Shown here one piece after another: positions 1-11,231 of a stretch of 51,784 nucleotides of DNA. The position numbers and the translations under genes were made by a program. The number at the start of each line of letters is the position of its first letter. Positions within the stretch are counted from its first letter, which is position 1. The stretch lies in assembly GCA_032718475.1 (NCBI GenBank), contig JAUCBJ010008217.1, forward strand, positions 1-51,784, in the 5' to 3' direction. Below the pieces are notes generated by a model that was not told the origin of the DNA, made no database searches, and saw only the letters and a list, made by a program, of their open reading frames with translations. Origin of the DNA: Nemertoderma westbladi (lineage: Eukaryota > Animalia > Xenacoelomorpha).

Positions 1-3000
1 TGGGCTGGAACCCCTAGTGTGTGTGGCACTGGGACCCTAGTGTGTGTGGCACTGGGCTGGGACCCCTAGTATGTGTGGCACTGGGCTGGGACCACAAGTG
101 TGTGTGGCACTGGGCTGGGACCACTAGTGTGTGTGACACTGGTCTGGGACTCCTAGTGTGTGTGACACTGGGACCACTAGTGTGTGTGGCACTGGGACTG
201 AGACCCCTAGTGTGTGTGGCACTGGGACCACTAGTGTGTGTGGCACTGGGACTGGGACCCCTTAGTGTGTGTGGTACTGGGACCCCTAGTGTGTGTGGCA
301 TTGGACTGGGACCCCTAGTGTGTGTGGCACTGGGCTGGGACCACTAGTGTGTGTGACACGGGGTTGGGACCCCTAGTGTGTGTGGCACTGGGCTGGGACG
401 TGTGTGTGGCACTGGGCTGGGACCTCTAGTGTGTGTGGCACTGGGCTGGCACTGGGACCACTAGTGTGTGTGACACTGGGCTGGGACCCCTAGTGTGTGT
501 GGTACTGGGCTGGGGCCCCTAGTGGTGTGGCACTGGGACCACTAGTGTGTGTGACACTGGGCTGGGACCCCTAGTGTGTGTGGTCCTGGGATGGGACGTG
601 TGTGTGGCACTGGGCTGGGTCCCCTAGTGTGTGTGACACTGGGCTGGGGCCCCTAGTGGTGTGGCACTGGGTCCACTAGTGTGTGTGACACTGGGCTGGG
701 ACCCCTAGTGTGTGTGGCACTGGGCTGGGGCTCCTAGTGGTGTGGCACTGGTACCACTAGTGTGTGTGACACTGGGCTGGGACCCCTAGTATGTGTGGCA
801 CTGGGAACTGGGACCACTAGTGTGTGTGGCACTCCTAGTGTGAGTGGCACAGGGTTGGGACGTGTGTGTGGCACTGGGCTGGGACCCCTAGTGTGTGTGG
901 CACTGGGCTGGGGCCCCTATTGGTGTGGCACTGGGACCACTAGTATATGTGGCACTGGGACCCCTAGTATGTGTGGCACTGAGACCCCCAGTGTGTGTGG
1001 CACTGGGCTGGGACGTGTGTGTGACACTGGGCTGGGACTCCTAGTGTGTGTGGCACTGGGCTGGGACCCGTAGCGTGTGTGGCGGTGGGACCACCCTTGT
1101 GTGTGACCTGGGTTTTTTTTTTCAAAATGTCCGCTGTGAAAAGTTTCTAAACGGCGAGGAAAAATGTAGAAAATCTCTAATTTGTTTAGAAAACCAAAAT
1201 AACACCGAATATATAACACAGTCGATGTCGATCTACTTAGAAATAAACAATACCACGAGAAATGGGTGAGTTTATTTGATATTATAGAAGTTGGTACAAA
1301 TGAAGTTGATGGAGATGAATCAGATTTAGAGAATCAAGTATTCGATTCTGGTGAATGAACAAGGAACAAACAACATTATTAACTAATAATAAATTAATAT
1401 GGTTAATCTTCAATTTTGATTTACAGGTGTTTTTATTTCAAACGCTGTAGTAAAGTTTATATGTTTATATTATTCAATTTGTTGTTTGCAATATTTAATT
1501 TTAGAAATATTTCTAAACAAGTTTAAAAAATTTAGAAATCACTATTTTTATTTATAAATTTTACTAACATATTTAGAAAAAAAAACCCTGCGTGTGACTC
1601 TGGGCTGGGACCCCTAGTTTGTGTGGCATTGGGCTGGGACCCCTCAACTAGTGTGTGTGGCACTGGAACCCCTCGTGTGTGTGGCACTGGGCTGTGACCC
1701 CTCCCCTAGTGTGTGTGGTACTGGGACCCTCACCCTATTGTGTGTGGTACTGGGCTGTGACCCCTATTGTGTGTGGCCAGGTGTGTGTGGTACTGGGACC
1801 ACTATTGTGTGTGGAACTAGGATCCCTAGTGTGTGTGGCACTGGGGCACCCTAGTGTGTGTGGCACTGGGACCCCGAGTGTGTGTGGCACTGGGACCCCT
1901 AGTGTGTGTGGTACTGGGACCCCTAGTGTGTGCGGCACTGGGTTGGGACCCCTAGTGTGTGTGGCACTGGGACCACTAGTGTGTGTGACACTGGGCTGGG
2001 GATACCTAGTGTATGTGGCACTGGGCTGGGACCCCTAGTGTGTGTGGTACTGGGACCAATAGTGTTGTGTGGCACTGGGACCACTAGTGTGTGTGACACT
2101 GGGCTGGGGACACCTAGTGTATGTGGCACTGGGGTGGGACCCCTAGTGTGTGTGGTACTAGGACCAATAGAGTGTGTGGCACTGGGACCCCTAGTGTGTG
2201 TGGCACTGGGACCACTAGTGTGTGTGTGGCACTGGGACCCCTAGTGTGTGTGGCACTGGGTTAGGACCCCTAGTGTGTGTGGCACTGGGACCACTAGTGT
2301 GTGTGTGGCACTGTGACCCCTAGTGTGTGTGGCACTGGGTTGGGACCCCTAGTGTGTGTGGCACAGGGACCCCTAGTGTGTGTGGCACCGGGACCACTAG
2401 TGTGTGTGTGGCACTGGGACCCCTAGTGTGTGTGGCACTGGGTTGGAACCCCTAGTGTGTGTGGCACAGGGATACCTAGTGTGTGTGGCAGTGGGACCCA
2501 TAGTGTGCGTGGCACTGGGACCCCTAGTGTGTGTGGCAATGGGACCACTATTGTGTGTGTGGCACTGGGACCCCTAGTGTGTGTGGCACTGGGACCCCTA
2601 GTGTGTGTGGCACTGGGTTGGGACCCCTAGTGTGTGTGGCACTGGGACCACTAGTGTGTGTGACACTGGGCTGGGGATACCTAGTGTATGTGGCACTGGG
2701 CTGGGACACCTAGTGTGTGTGGTACTGGGACCACTATTGTGTGTGGAACTAGGATCCCTAGTGTGTGTGGCACTGGGGCACCCTAGTGTGTGTGGCACTG
2801 GGACCCCGAGTGTGTGTGGCACTGGGACCCCTAGTGTGTGTGGTACTGGGACCCCTAGTGTGTGCGGCACTGGGTTGGGACCCCTAGTGTGTGTGGCACT
2901 GGGACCACTAGTGTGTGTGACACTGGGCTGGGGATACCTAGTGTATGTGGCACTGGGCTGGGACCCCTAGTGTGTGTGGTACTGGGACCAATAGTGTTGT

Positions 3001-5101
3001 GTGGCACTGGGACCACTAGTGTGTGTGACACTGGGCTGGGGACACCTAGTGTATGTGGCACTGGGGTGGGACCCCTAGTGTGTGTGGTACTAGGACCAAT
3101 AGAGTGTGTGGCACTGGGACCCCTAGTGTGTGTGGCACTGGGACCACTAGTGTGTGTGTGGCACTGGGACCCCTAGTGTGTGTGGCACTGGGTTAGGACC
3201 CCTAGTGTGTGTGGCACTGGGACCACTAGTGTGTGTGTGGCACTGTGACCCCTAGTGTGTGTGGCACTGGGTTGGGACCCCTAGTGTGTGTGGCACAGGG
3301 ACCCCTAGTGTGTGTGGCACCGGGACCACTAGTGTGTGTGTGGCACTGGGACCCCTAGTGTGTGTGGCACTGGGTTGGAACCCCTAGTGTGTGTGGCACA
3401 GGGATACCTAGTGTGTGTGGCAGTGGGACCCATAGTGTGCGTGGCACTGGGACCCCTAGTGTGTGTGGCAATGGGACCACTATTGTGTGTGTGGCACTGG
3501 GACCCCTAGTGTGTGTGGCACTGGGACCCCTAGTGTGTGTGGCACTGGGTTGGGACCCCTAGTGTGTGTGGCACTGGGACCACTAGTGTGTGTGACACTG
3601 GGCTGGGGATACCTAGTGTATGTGGCACTGGGCTGGGACACCTAGTGTGTGTGGTACTGGGACCAATAGTGTTGTGTGGCACTGGGACCACTAGTGTGTG
3701 TGACACTGGGCTGGGGACACCTAGTGTATGTGGCACTGGGCTGGGACCCCTAGTGTGTGTGGTACTAGGACCAATAGAGTGTGTGGCACTGGGACCCCTA
3801 GTGTGTGTGGCACTGGGACCACTAGTGTGTGTGTGGCACTGGGACCCCTAGTGTGTGTGGCACTGGGTTAGGACCCCTAGTGTGTGTGGCACTGGGACCA
3901 CTAGTGTGTGTGTGGCACTGTGACCCCTAGTGTGTGTGGCACTGGGTTGGGACCTCTAGTGTGTGTGGCACAGGGACCCCTAGTGTGTGTGGCACCGGGA
4001 CCACTAGTGTGTGTGTGGCACTGGGACCCCAAGTGTGTGTGGCACTGGGTTGGAACCCCTAGTGTGTGTGGTACAGGGATACCTAGTGTGTGTGGCACTG
4101 GGACCCATAGTGTGCGTGGCACTGGGACCCCTAGTGTGTGTGGCAATGGGACCACTATTGTGTGTGTGGCACTGGGACCCCTAGTGTGTGTGGCACTGGG
4201 ACCCCTAGTGTGTGTGGCACTGGGTTAGGACCCCTAGTGTGTGTGGCACTGGGACCACTAGTGTGTGTGTGACACTGGGCTGGGGACACCTAGTGTATGT
4301 GGCACTGGGATGGGACCCCTAGTGTGTGTGGTACTAGGACCAATAGTGTGTGTGGCACTGGGACCCCTAGTGTGTGTGGCACTGGGCTGGGACCACTAGT
4401 GTGTGTGTGGCACTGGGACCCCTAGTGTGTGTGGCACTGGGACCACTAGTGTGTGTGTGGCACTGTGACCCCTAGTGTGTGTGGCACTGGGTTGTGACCC
4501 CTAGTGTGTGTGGCACAGGGACCCCTAGTGTGTATGGCAGAGGGACCCCTAGTGTGTATGGCACTGGGACCACTAGTGTGTGTGTGGCACTGGGACCCCT
4601 AGTTTGTGTGGCACTGGGTTGGAACCCCTAGTGTGTGTGGCACAGGGACACCTAGTGTGTGTGGCACTGGGGCCCATAGTGTGTGTGGCACTGGGACCCC
4701 TAGTGTGTGTGGCAATGGGACCACTAGTGTGTGTGGGGCACTGGGACCCCTAGTGTGTGTGGCACTGGGACCCCTAGTGTGTGTGGCACTGGGGTGGGAC
4801 CCCTAGTGTGTGTGGCACTGGGACCACTAGTGTGAGTGACACTGGGCTGGGGACACCTAGTGTATGTGGCACTGGGCTGGGACCCCTAGGACCAATAGTG
4901 TGTGTGGCACTGGGACCCCTAGTGTGTGTGGCACTGGGACCACTAGTGTGTGTGTGGCACTGGGACCCCTAGTGTGTGTGGCACTGGGTTGGGACCCCTA
5001 GTGTGTGTGGCACTGGGACCCCTAGTGTGTGTGGCACTGGGTTGGGACCCCTAGTGTTTGTGGCACAGGGACCCCTAGTGTGTGTGGCACTGGGACCCCT
5101 A
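1..5101. repeat. G/T-rich minisatellite, core ~24 bp CTAGTGTGTGTGGCACTGGGACCC with 5-bp (GGGCT/GGGTT) length variants; runs off the window start
   Basis: Visible tandem array. Identical repeat-derived ORFs recur at a 932-bp offset (1923/2855, 2430/3362, 2531/3463), showing a higher-order duplication. Confidence 0.97.
1108..1590. mobile_element. Non-autonomous hAT-like MITE inserted in the minisatellite
   Basis: AT-rich 483-bp insert. Left end CTGGGTTTTTTTTTTC and right end GAAAAAAAAACCCTG are inverted (CAGGG-type terminus, one mismatch at left). 8-bp flanking duplication TGTGTGAC (1100-1107) / CGTGTGAC (1591-1598). Confidence 0.75.
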
Positions 5102-5344
5102 AAACGAAACGAAAAGCGACAATAAAAAAACAAAATATGGTGTTCTTTTATACAAGCGACTTAATTTGAACTTATAAAGAAATTACCGATAAAATAAAAC
5201 GTTTGTAACATATAAATATAAACAAATATTCTGATATATTTAAAAATCAATACAATTGGATTTATATTACTGCGGTTCTATGTACTTTATATGACAGGCA
5301 GCACATTTCCGGCTCTACAAACAACAACCGTTCGATATTGCGCG

Positions 5345-7408
5345 TCACAACACCCAGTCCTCGACGCCGACTGGTTTGGGCGAGAGATCATAGATGACCC
5401 GGGAGACCCCTGGAACCGCGAGGATGCCGCTGACGAGATCGGCGAGGACATCGAGAGGAAGTTGGGAGGATCCGGGGAGCACTGGGGTCCCGGAGGCTCC
5501 GCAGTCCGATGAGAGGAACGGACGCAGAACGATGGAACGTTGGCAGCTCGGCTCGTAGGGAACGCGATCGAAGTGGAGCGGAAGGAGGTAGACGGGCGTG
5601 TGGAGCCGTGGATCCGGGGGGCCACCGAGCAGGGGATCCGGGGAGCCACCGAGCAGGGGATCCGGGGAGCCACCGAGCAATGCGGAGGCGACCACGTCCT
5701 CGACGAGTCGCAATGTGTTCAGCGACTCGGGGGAGATGTTCGTAGCCGTGACGTCATCCGGTCCTTCCTCTATGACGTCACCGAATATATAGACGACTCG
5801 GTCGGCCCCCTCGACGCAATTTAGGATGAGTTTAGCGAAGCGGAAGAGTAGCGGCCAGTCGGGAGTAGCAGTCGTCAAGGCAACCACGTGCCCCTGGAGC
5901 GTCTGGTTGCCCTGGCAACCAAGACCTGTTAGCGGGAGTAGAAGGGATCGCAGCGGGGGCGAGCCAATGAGGAAGGAGATGACGGAGGCGGACAGACCCG
6001 ACTCGATCCGTTGCACGTATGGATGATCGCGACCGCGGTTCGACTTGTAGTCGACGAGGAACGCAACGAGTCGACGGGTCTCCCGGAAGGCCGGCTCGCT
6101 CACGGGGGACGAGCTCGGCTCGACGCAGCCGATCCGCGCGAACAGCCCCCCCGGACCGCCGCCGCCGCGCAGCCCGAGTCCAGCCGCCACCTCCACGAGG
6201 TCCTCCGCGTTCACCTCCCGGAGCGGCTCCACCAGCCGTCCCGCGAGGCGCAGCTCGCGCACGAACGGGCGCTCGGCGGCGCGGCCCAGTTGCTCGGCCC
6301 GGAAGCCTCCCTGCACGAGGAAGGCCGAGTCCGCCCCCCGTAGCATCGACGACATCACCGCGTGCAACTCGTCTGCGACAATCACCCGTCGCTCATCCGC
6401 GTCGGTCGACCGATTTAGCGGGGCTGTCCGCCGCTTCTGAGAGGCCCCGCTAGAGGCGTCGCAGTACTGACTGTAGGTCCACGAGTTGAGAAACTCGATT
6501 CGCTTCCGAACGACCTGCACCGTTAAACCGAAGGAAGATAAACTCCTCGCGAGTTCCTCGCACTCCTCGCGTCGCTCGAACCCCGTGTCCACGTGCACCG
6601 GTCGCACGCTGTTACTAGGCAACGCCTTGCTCAGTAACGCGGCGCAGACTGTGGACCTAAACCCGCCGCTCACGAACACCACAACTACGCCGTTGCTCCC
6701 GACCCGTTTGCGGATCTCCGATAGGCAGCGGTTCACCTTGACTTGGGCCGTGAAGGTCGCGTTGCATCTCGCGATGTTGTAGACAAAGTTGCGGAACATG
6801 TGAACTCCGTTGGTGACAGCAGTGCCCAGCTGTCCGATATCTGGGTGGAATTGAATACCGTAGATATTCTTACCGCGGTTAGCTATTCCTATAACTAATT
6901 TTTCAAACATCGCGATTACATCAAACCCTTTCGCCACCGTCGACACTAAATGAACTTTATTTAAACGGCTATTTTGAAATTCTTTTAATTGTGAAAACAA
7001 AGGACATTTATTATCTAAGGTAAGTTTCAGCTGGCCGACGCTGTCTTGGCATTGTAAGTTAATATCACGTTCCGTCCCTCCGAAGTATTTGTTCATCAGA
7101 TGCATTCCGTATCCCACCGCCAGTATCGGAAGTCCCAAACTGTAAATCCGTTGGTCCAAAGACGGATGTGCTTCGTTCGAATAGCCGTTGCTATGGCAAC
7201 CAGCAATAATAATGGCCTTGAACCGGCGTTTCCGAATGAGGTCCAGCGGCGTGTTCGGGTGTAGGAATTCCGTGCTCACTTGGAACCCACGGATAACACG
7301 ATCGATCGCCCTTCCATATTGAGTTCCGGTGTCCAGGATAACAATATTGTCCGGTAAATTCTCGTCTAATCCATTAGACACCTGGACCGGTGGCGCAGTA
7401 TTGGCCAT
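5345..7408 (-). CDS. GMPS: GMP synthase (glutamine-hydrolysing)-like protein, 687 aa, intronless, with degenerate catalytic motifs
   Basis: Colinear with animal GMPS over the full length: IVILDTGTQYGRAIDR, GIQFHP, SGG..STVC, VHVDTGF, EPL, LPLHFDR..PSCQRSIVLRPF, PGVSRVIYDLSPKP..EDW. Nucleophile GICYG reads AVGYG, HPE reads HPD, PP-loop SGGVDS reads SGGFRS. Confidence 0.9.
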   Translation of the reverse strand: MANTAPPVQVSNGLDENLPDNIVILDTGTQYGRAIDRVIRGFQVSTEFLHPNTPLDLIRKRRFKAIIIAGCHSNGYSNEAHPSLDQRIYSLGLPILAVGYGMHLMNKYFGGTERDINLQCQDSVGQLKLTLDNKCPLFSQLKEFQNSRLNKVHLVSTVAKGFDVIAMFEKLVIGIANRGKNIYGIQFHPDIGQLGTAVTNGVHMFRNFVYNIARCNATFTAQVKVNRCLSEIRKRVGSNGVVVVFVSGGFRSTVCAALLSKALPSNSVRPVHVDTGFERREECEELARSLSSFGLTVQVVRKRIEFLNSWTYSQYCDASSGASQKRRTAPLNRSTDADERRVIVADELHAVMSSMLRGADSAFLVQGGFRAEQLGRAAERPFVRELRLAGRLVEPLREVNAEDLVEVAAGLGLRGGGGPGGLFARIGCVEPSSSPVSEPAFRETRRLVAFLVDYKSNRGRDHPYVQRIESGLSASVISFLIGSPPLRSLLLPLTGLGCQGNQTLQGHVVALTTATPDWPLLFRFAKLILNCVEGADRVVYIFGDVIEEGPDDVTATNISPESLNTLRLVEDVVASALLGGSPDPLLGGSPDPLLGGPPDPRLHTPVYLLPLHFDRVPYEPSCQRSIVLRPFLSSDCGASGTPVLPGSSQLPLDVLADLVSGILAVPGVSRVIYDLSPKPVGVEDWVL
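5610..5680 (-). repeat. In-frame 24-bp triplication within the GMPS-like CDS (LLGGSPDP x3)
   Basis: GGATCCGGGG(A/G)GCCACCGAGCA repeated three times; protein LLGGSPDP-LLGGSPDP-LLGGPPDP. Confidence 0.9.
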
Positions 7409-8794
7409 TCAAATACAATAATACAGTAATAACTACCGGTCTGACGGTTCGCAGACCTGCAGACGGTACTAAGATAAGATGGTACTGATCGGACTGTCGG
7501 ACTACGGTACTGACCTACTGCAGTACTGGGTACACTGGTACACAAAACTGCAAAACTACCGGTACTTTACTATCTGACCTGACTACTACTCAACTACTGT
7601 ACTACTGAACTGACTGACTAACTTTGGTCGGCCATTCTGTCTGTCTGTCATGCACAGTCACATCTCACATGGCATATTTTTTTTTTATCCGAACGCGGTT
7701 TATATTAACAAATAAGCGAAGGGCGGGAAATTTAAACCATACAAGGAAATTAAATAATATAAAATAATTAAACTGATTTTGATATTGTTATTATGATTTG
7801 CAGATTTGAGTCCGATTGATGAAATTATGATTTCTGTCCCACCCTTGTGTCGGCGTTGGCCAGCAAGATGGACATGGCATCATACTGTATTACAGTATTA
7901 CGTTACAGTACCGGTATTACTGTATTATAAAAACTGTCCGCCCACAGGCCACGGCCGGTCCGTCTAAACACCCAAATCACACAAAATTGACCAAATCACA
8001 ACAAATCACACCAAATCACAACAAATCACACCAAATCACAACAAATCACAACAAATCACACCAAATCACACACAAAATTCTAATTTTTATTTTTTTTTTC
8101 GTTTATTACTTTTTTAATCGTTTATCTACCACTGTCAGACTGTAATCTGCTCGACTTTACTTTTCAATTTTTTTTGTGATTTGGTGTGATTTGTTGTGAT
8201 TTGCAGATTTGGTATCATTCGGTGTGATTTGGTTTGGTGTGATTTGGTTTTGGGATTATTTTTTGTGATTTGGTTTGTGATTTGGTGTGATTTGGTTTGT
8301 GATTTAACCCTTGTGCTCTCTTTGAGGTCATTTTTGACCCATCGGAGATTTAAACTTACATAATTTTATCACACATTGATATTTTATCTCGAAATTTTGT
8401 GACTTTTATTATTTTATAGTGTATCTTAATTAGAAAAACAAAAATGTAAAAATTTGCAAGGGGGTCTATTCAATTTTACAATTTATACACATATTGTCTT
8501 TGAGGTCAAATTTGACCTCATCATGTTTTGTACCTATACCATTCAATATCAACGAAACATTTACTTATCTTAGCCTTCTCTGTACTGATGACTGAATGTA
8601 TGGTACTGGTCTAGTGGTCTAGCAGAAGCCTATATAGAATTATCAGATTGTAAATTAGATAAGTACCAGTACCGGTCACGGTCACAGCTACTCAAAACCA
8701 CGCTGTGGTCTGCAAATCTAAACTCAGTAGGTCCCTTTCTTCTGTGCTTGAATTCCAGTCAGCAGGTATGGGGCGCCGTTCTGGTCAAATGCAC

Positions 8795-9006
8795 ATGTCA
8801 TTCTCGCAGCGAGATGTCATTCTCGCAGCGAGATGTCATTCTCGCAGCGAGATGTCATTCTCGCAGCGAGATGTTATTCTCGCAGCGGGATGTCATTCTC
8901 GCAGCGAGATGTCATTCTCGCAGCGAGATGTCATTCTCGCTGCGAGATGTCATTCTCGCAGCGAGATGTTATTCTCGCAGCGAGATGTCATTCTCGCAGC
9001 GAGATG
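8795..9006 (+). repeat. Left subterminal array of IS3EU: 19-bp unit ATGTCATTCTCGCAGCGAG (~11 copies)
   Basis: Direct reading; contains the palindrome TCTCGC(A/T)GCGAGA. Confidence 0.93.
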
Positions 9007-9029
9007 GATTTATTATTCTAGAATTCATT

Positions 9030-9490
9030 AGACAATCTGAAATCATTAGACGTCCTTCATTACAAAAAATATTAACCTGGCTTGTGAGAAACCATTTAGT
9101 TCCCAAAGTGAATTGGACAAAGTTTACTCTCGCCGAGCTCCATCTGTATCTGCACTTTGGAAGGTTTTCAAATTTCCAGAAAATCTAAACAATGATCAAA
9201 TTGAGGCTCGGTTGTCGCTCAAAAATGTGCTTCGAGACTTCGATGAGAATATGATGTCTCTTTTCCTTCGATATGTTACTGGAAGTAACATAATGATATG
9301 TAACACTATTAATGTGGAATTTTTCAAACGGGATCGATTTTGTGAAACAAAGGCAGCTAGAGCCATTTTCGTCCAAACATGTGGTCCAACTCTTACATTG
9401 CCTGTTTGTTATGAGACATACATGGAAATGAAGGAAGACTTAATAAAACTTCTTCGTAACCCGCTAAGCTGGCAGTTTTCTGCACATTGA
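9030..9490 (+). pseudogene. 5'-truncated HECT E3 ubiquitin-ligase C-lobe (G2E3-like) carried inside IS3EU
   Basis: FLRYVTGS...INVEF...VQTCGPTLTLPVCY...W matches the HECT C-lobe pattern (FL.F.TGS; P.AHTC..L.LP.Y) with the catalytic-position Cys kept. No ATG start, and it begins almost at the subterminal array. Confidence 0.7.
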
Positions 9491-9782
9491 AACTCATACA
9501 AAATTGTTTAATATACATTGATGTTGATGTAACCTTAGTAAAATTTATTAGTATAGTTGAGATTAGACAAACTGTTTAAACTAAAAAAAACTAAAGATAA
9601 TATTTGTAATAGTATAATTAATACTGAATGTTGTAGAACGTTACTACAAAAAATACACTTTTAATCAATATACTGTATAACAGTATATAATTTAATCAAT
9701 GTACTGTATAACCAAATGTTAAAACAATATATATTATACAGAGATAGTTTCACCCTTCTTTTCAGTGTTGCCCCATCTCTCT

Positions 9783-9986
9783 CTACATTAGTGATTGAAC
9801 GCACTGTTTGTATAGATGAATACCGAAATTTCCATCGTCCTGAAGTGGATCAATGTTATGTAGTTGTATGGGTTGAAGTCCATGTTCGAACTCAGCCACA
9901 ATAATATCCCCCTCCTCTTCATTGTAACGTACTTCAAAGTTATCATATAATTCCTGTATATTGTCATTATCCAGGTGGGAGTTATT
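9783..9986 (-). CDS. Probable C-terminal exon of the IS3EU transposase
   Basis: IDPLQDDGNFGIHLY resembles the DPL....N.GI.LY tail I recall for this family. Preceded on the minus strand by a poly-C run plus AG. Donor site not resolved. Confidence 0.5.
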   Translation of the reverse strand, partial: NNSHLDNDNIQELYDNFEVRYNEEEGDIIVAEFEHGLQPIQLHNIDPLQDDGNFGIHLYKQCVQSLM

Positions 9987-10199
9987 GCTGGGGGGGGGGG
10001 GGGGGGGGGGGGTGTTTACCACTTTAGCCAAATTGTATATAATAGCCCAAAAATAGTTCAAGTTATAAAATGTGGCACTTTATATAATTACAATAGGAAT
10101 TCAAGATTCAAATTCAGGTAATCAAATTCAAAAATAAAACTGAAACCTGTGCTATTGACGTTAAAATAATGTGCAACTGTAACCTGTACAACATTTAGA

Positions 10200-11162
10200 T
10201 CAAAAACTATAATCTTTTAATAAAGAATCTGTAAAATGGTGAACTCCCCTTAAAATCATAGATTCGGTCCAAATTTGACTTGGAGATCTATTGTTCATTG
10301 AAGATAGTGCGTGTTCATTGAGTTGTTCAACTAGTAGTTGCAGTGATCTTCGTATACGTGGCATATAAATATAATGCAAAGCAAATATGTGCATGTCATT
10401 ATTACTGTCTAGATCCCCTGTGGATTGCAAATCTATGAAAATTGCTTTAAACTGATTAATAACAACTCTATTAACTTCGCGCCACATTCTTTCTATTCTC
10501 TGATTATGGACGCTACGTCCCACTATAAAACTGTTTCGATTCAACCCTCGATTTAGTAACATAAAGCGAGCTACGTCGAAGTTCTCGACACCACGATCGC
10601 CTCGTACTCTATGTGGAAGGCCGTAACATTTGACTGCCAATCTAAACAAGTCTAGAGCAACCTTGGCAGTGTTAGAATTTGACACCTCTAACGAAACAAC
10701 AAGGCGACTGAAGCCACCTATGACCCCATGTATAACAAATCGCCACTCAATGAGTTTGTGATCACTATCCATGTGCCACAGAGAATTCGCTGATCGAACC
10801 GAATATACCCGTCGTTGAATTGCTCTGTGGCGACGCATGGCTCTTCCTAATGGGTCCAACAAGTTAAATCTTTGACGTAAACGCCAACGCGGTACATAAA
10901 TGTCCAATGCTCGTAATGCTCCATTTAAATAAACCTCCCCAATGTTTGGAGTGTGAGAGATGATATTTCGAATTATATCATCCAAATCATCATCCGATAT
11001 TATGGTAAACCGATGATAACCTTGGCCATCTTCTCCAATTAGCTCTTCTCGGACTGTCTTCGGACTAATATTCATCAATCTAGCTATATCATCAGTTTTA
11101 AACCGTCGTTGTAAAAGTAAGCGTAAGCGATCTTCGTCGACAACAATTTTTAACCGACCCAT
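10200..11162 (-). CDS. IS3EU DDE transposase (integrase-core type), main exon
   Basis: N-terminal HTH-like segment (DIARLMNISPKTV), then LWHMDSDHKL, RVRGDRGVEN, GRSVHNQRIERMWREV giving D-D-E. The usual HG.IDG.SR motif reads HGVIGGFSR. Confidence 0.85.
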   Translation of the reverse strand: MGRLKIVVDEDRLRLLLQRRFKTDDIARLMNISPKTVREELIGEDGQGYHRFTIISDDDLDDIIRNIISHTPNIGEVYLNGALRALDIYVPRWRLRQRFNLLDPLGRAMRRHRAIQRRVYSVRSANSLWHMDSDHKLIEWRFVIHGVIGGFSRLVVSLEVSNSNTAKVALDLFRLAVKCYGLPHRVRGDRGVENFDVARFMLLNRGLNRNSFIVGRSVHNQRIERMWREVNRVVINQFKAIFIDLQSTGDLDSNNDMHIFALHYIYMPRIRRSLQLLVEQLNEHALSSMNNRSPSQIWTESMILRGVHHFTDSLLKDYSF

Positions 11163-11231
11163 TTCAGTGTTACAAGTAAAGTACAGATTAAGATACTGGA
11201 TTCAGTAAAATACAAATAAACAGAAAATGGG

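Noticed and set aside
14-4972. Many short Cys/Gly/Thr/Val-rich ORFs (also 30594-32171, 37432-41308, 50955-51695)
   Set aside because: They are periodic readings of tandem repeats in several frames and on both strands.
5287-6782. Alternative-frame and antisense ORFs overlapping the GMPS-like gene
   Set aside because: Expected from high GC and few stop codons; no recognisable motifs.
5345-7408. Horizontally acquired bacterial guaA
   Set aside because: Length and the extra C-terminal dimerisation subdomain follow animal-type GMPS rather than the ~520-aa bacterial form.
9990-10012. Poly-G run read as a poly-proline coding segment
   Set aside because: Homopolymer length is unreliable, and it more plausibly serves as the pyrimidine tract before an AG on the minus strand.
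10200-11162. Retroviral/LTR integrase or bacterial IS contamination
   Set aside because: No LTRs, gag or linked RT; it has TIRs with a 6-bp TSD and is nested in eukaryotic elements, which fits IS3EU.
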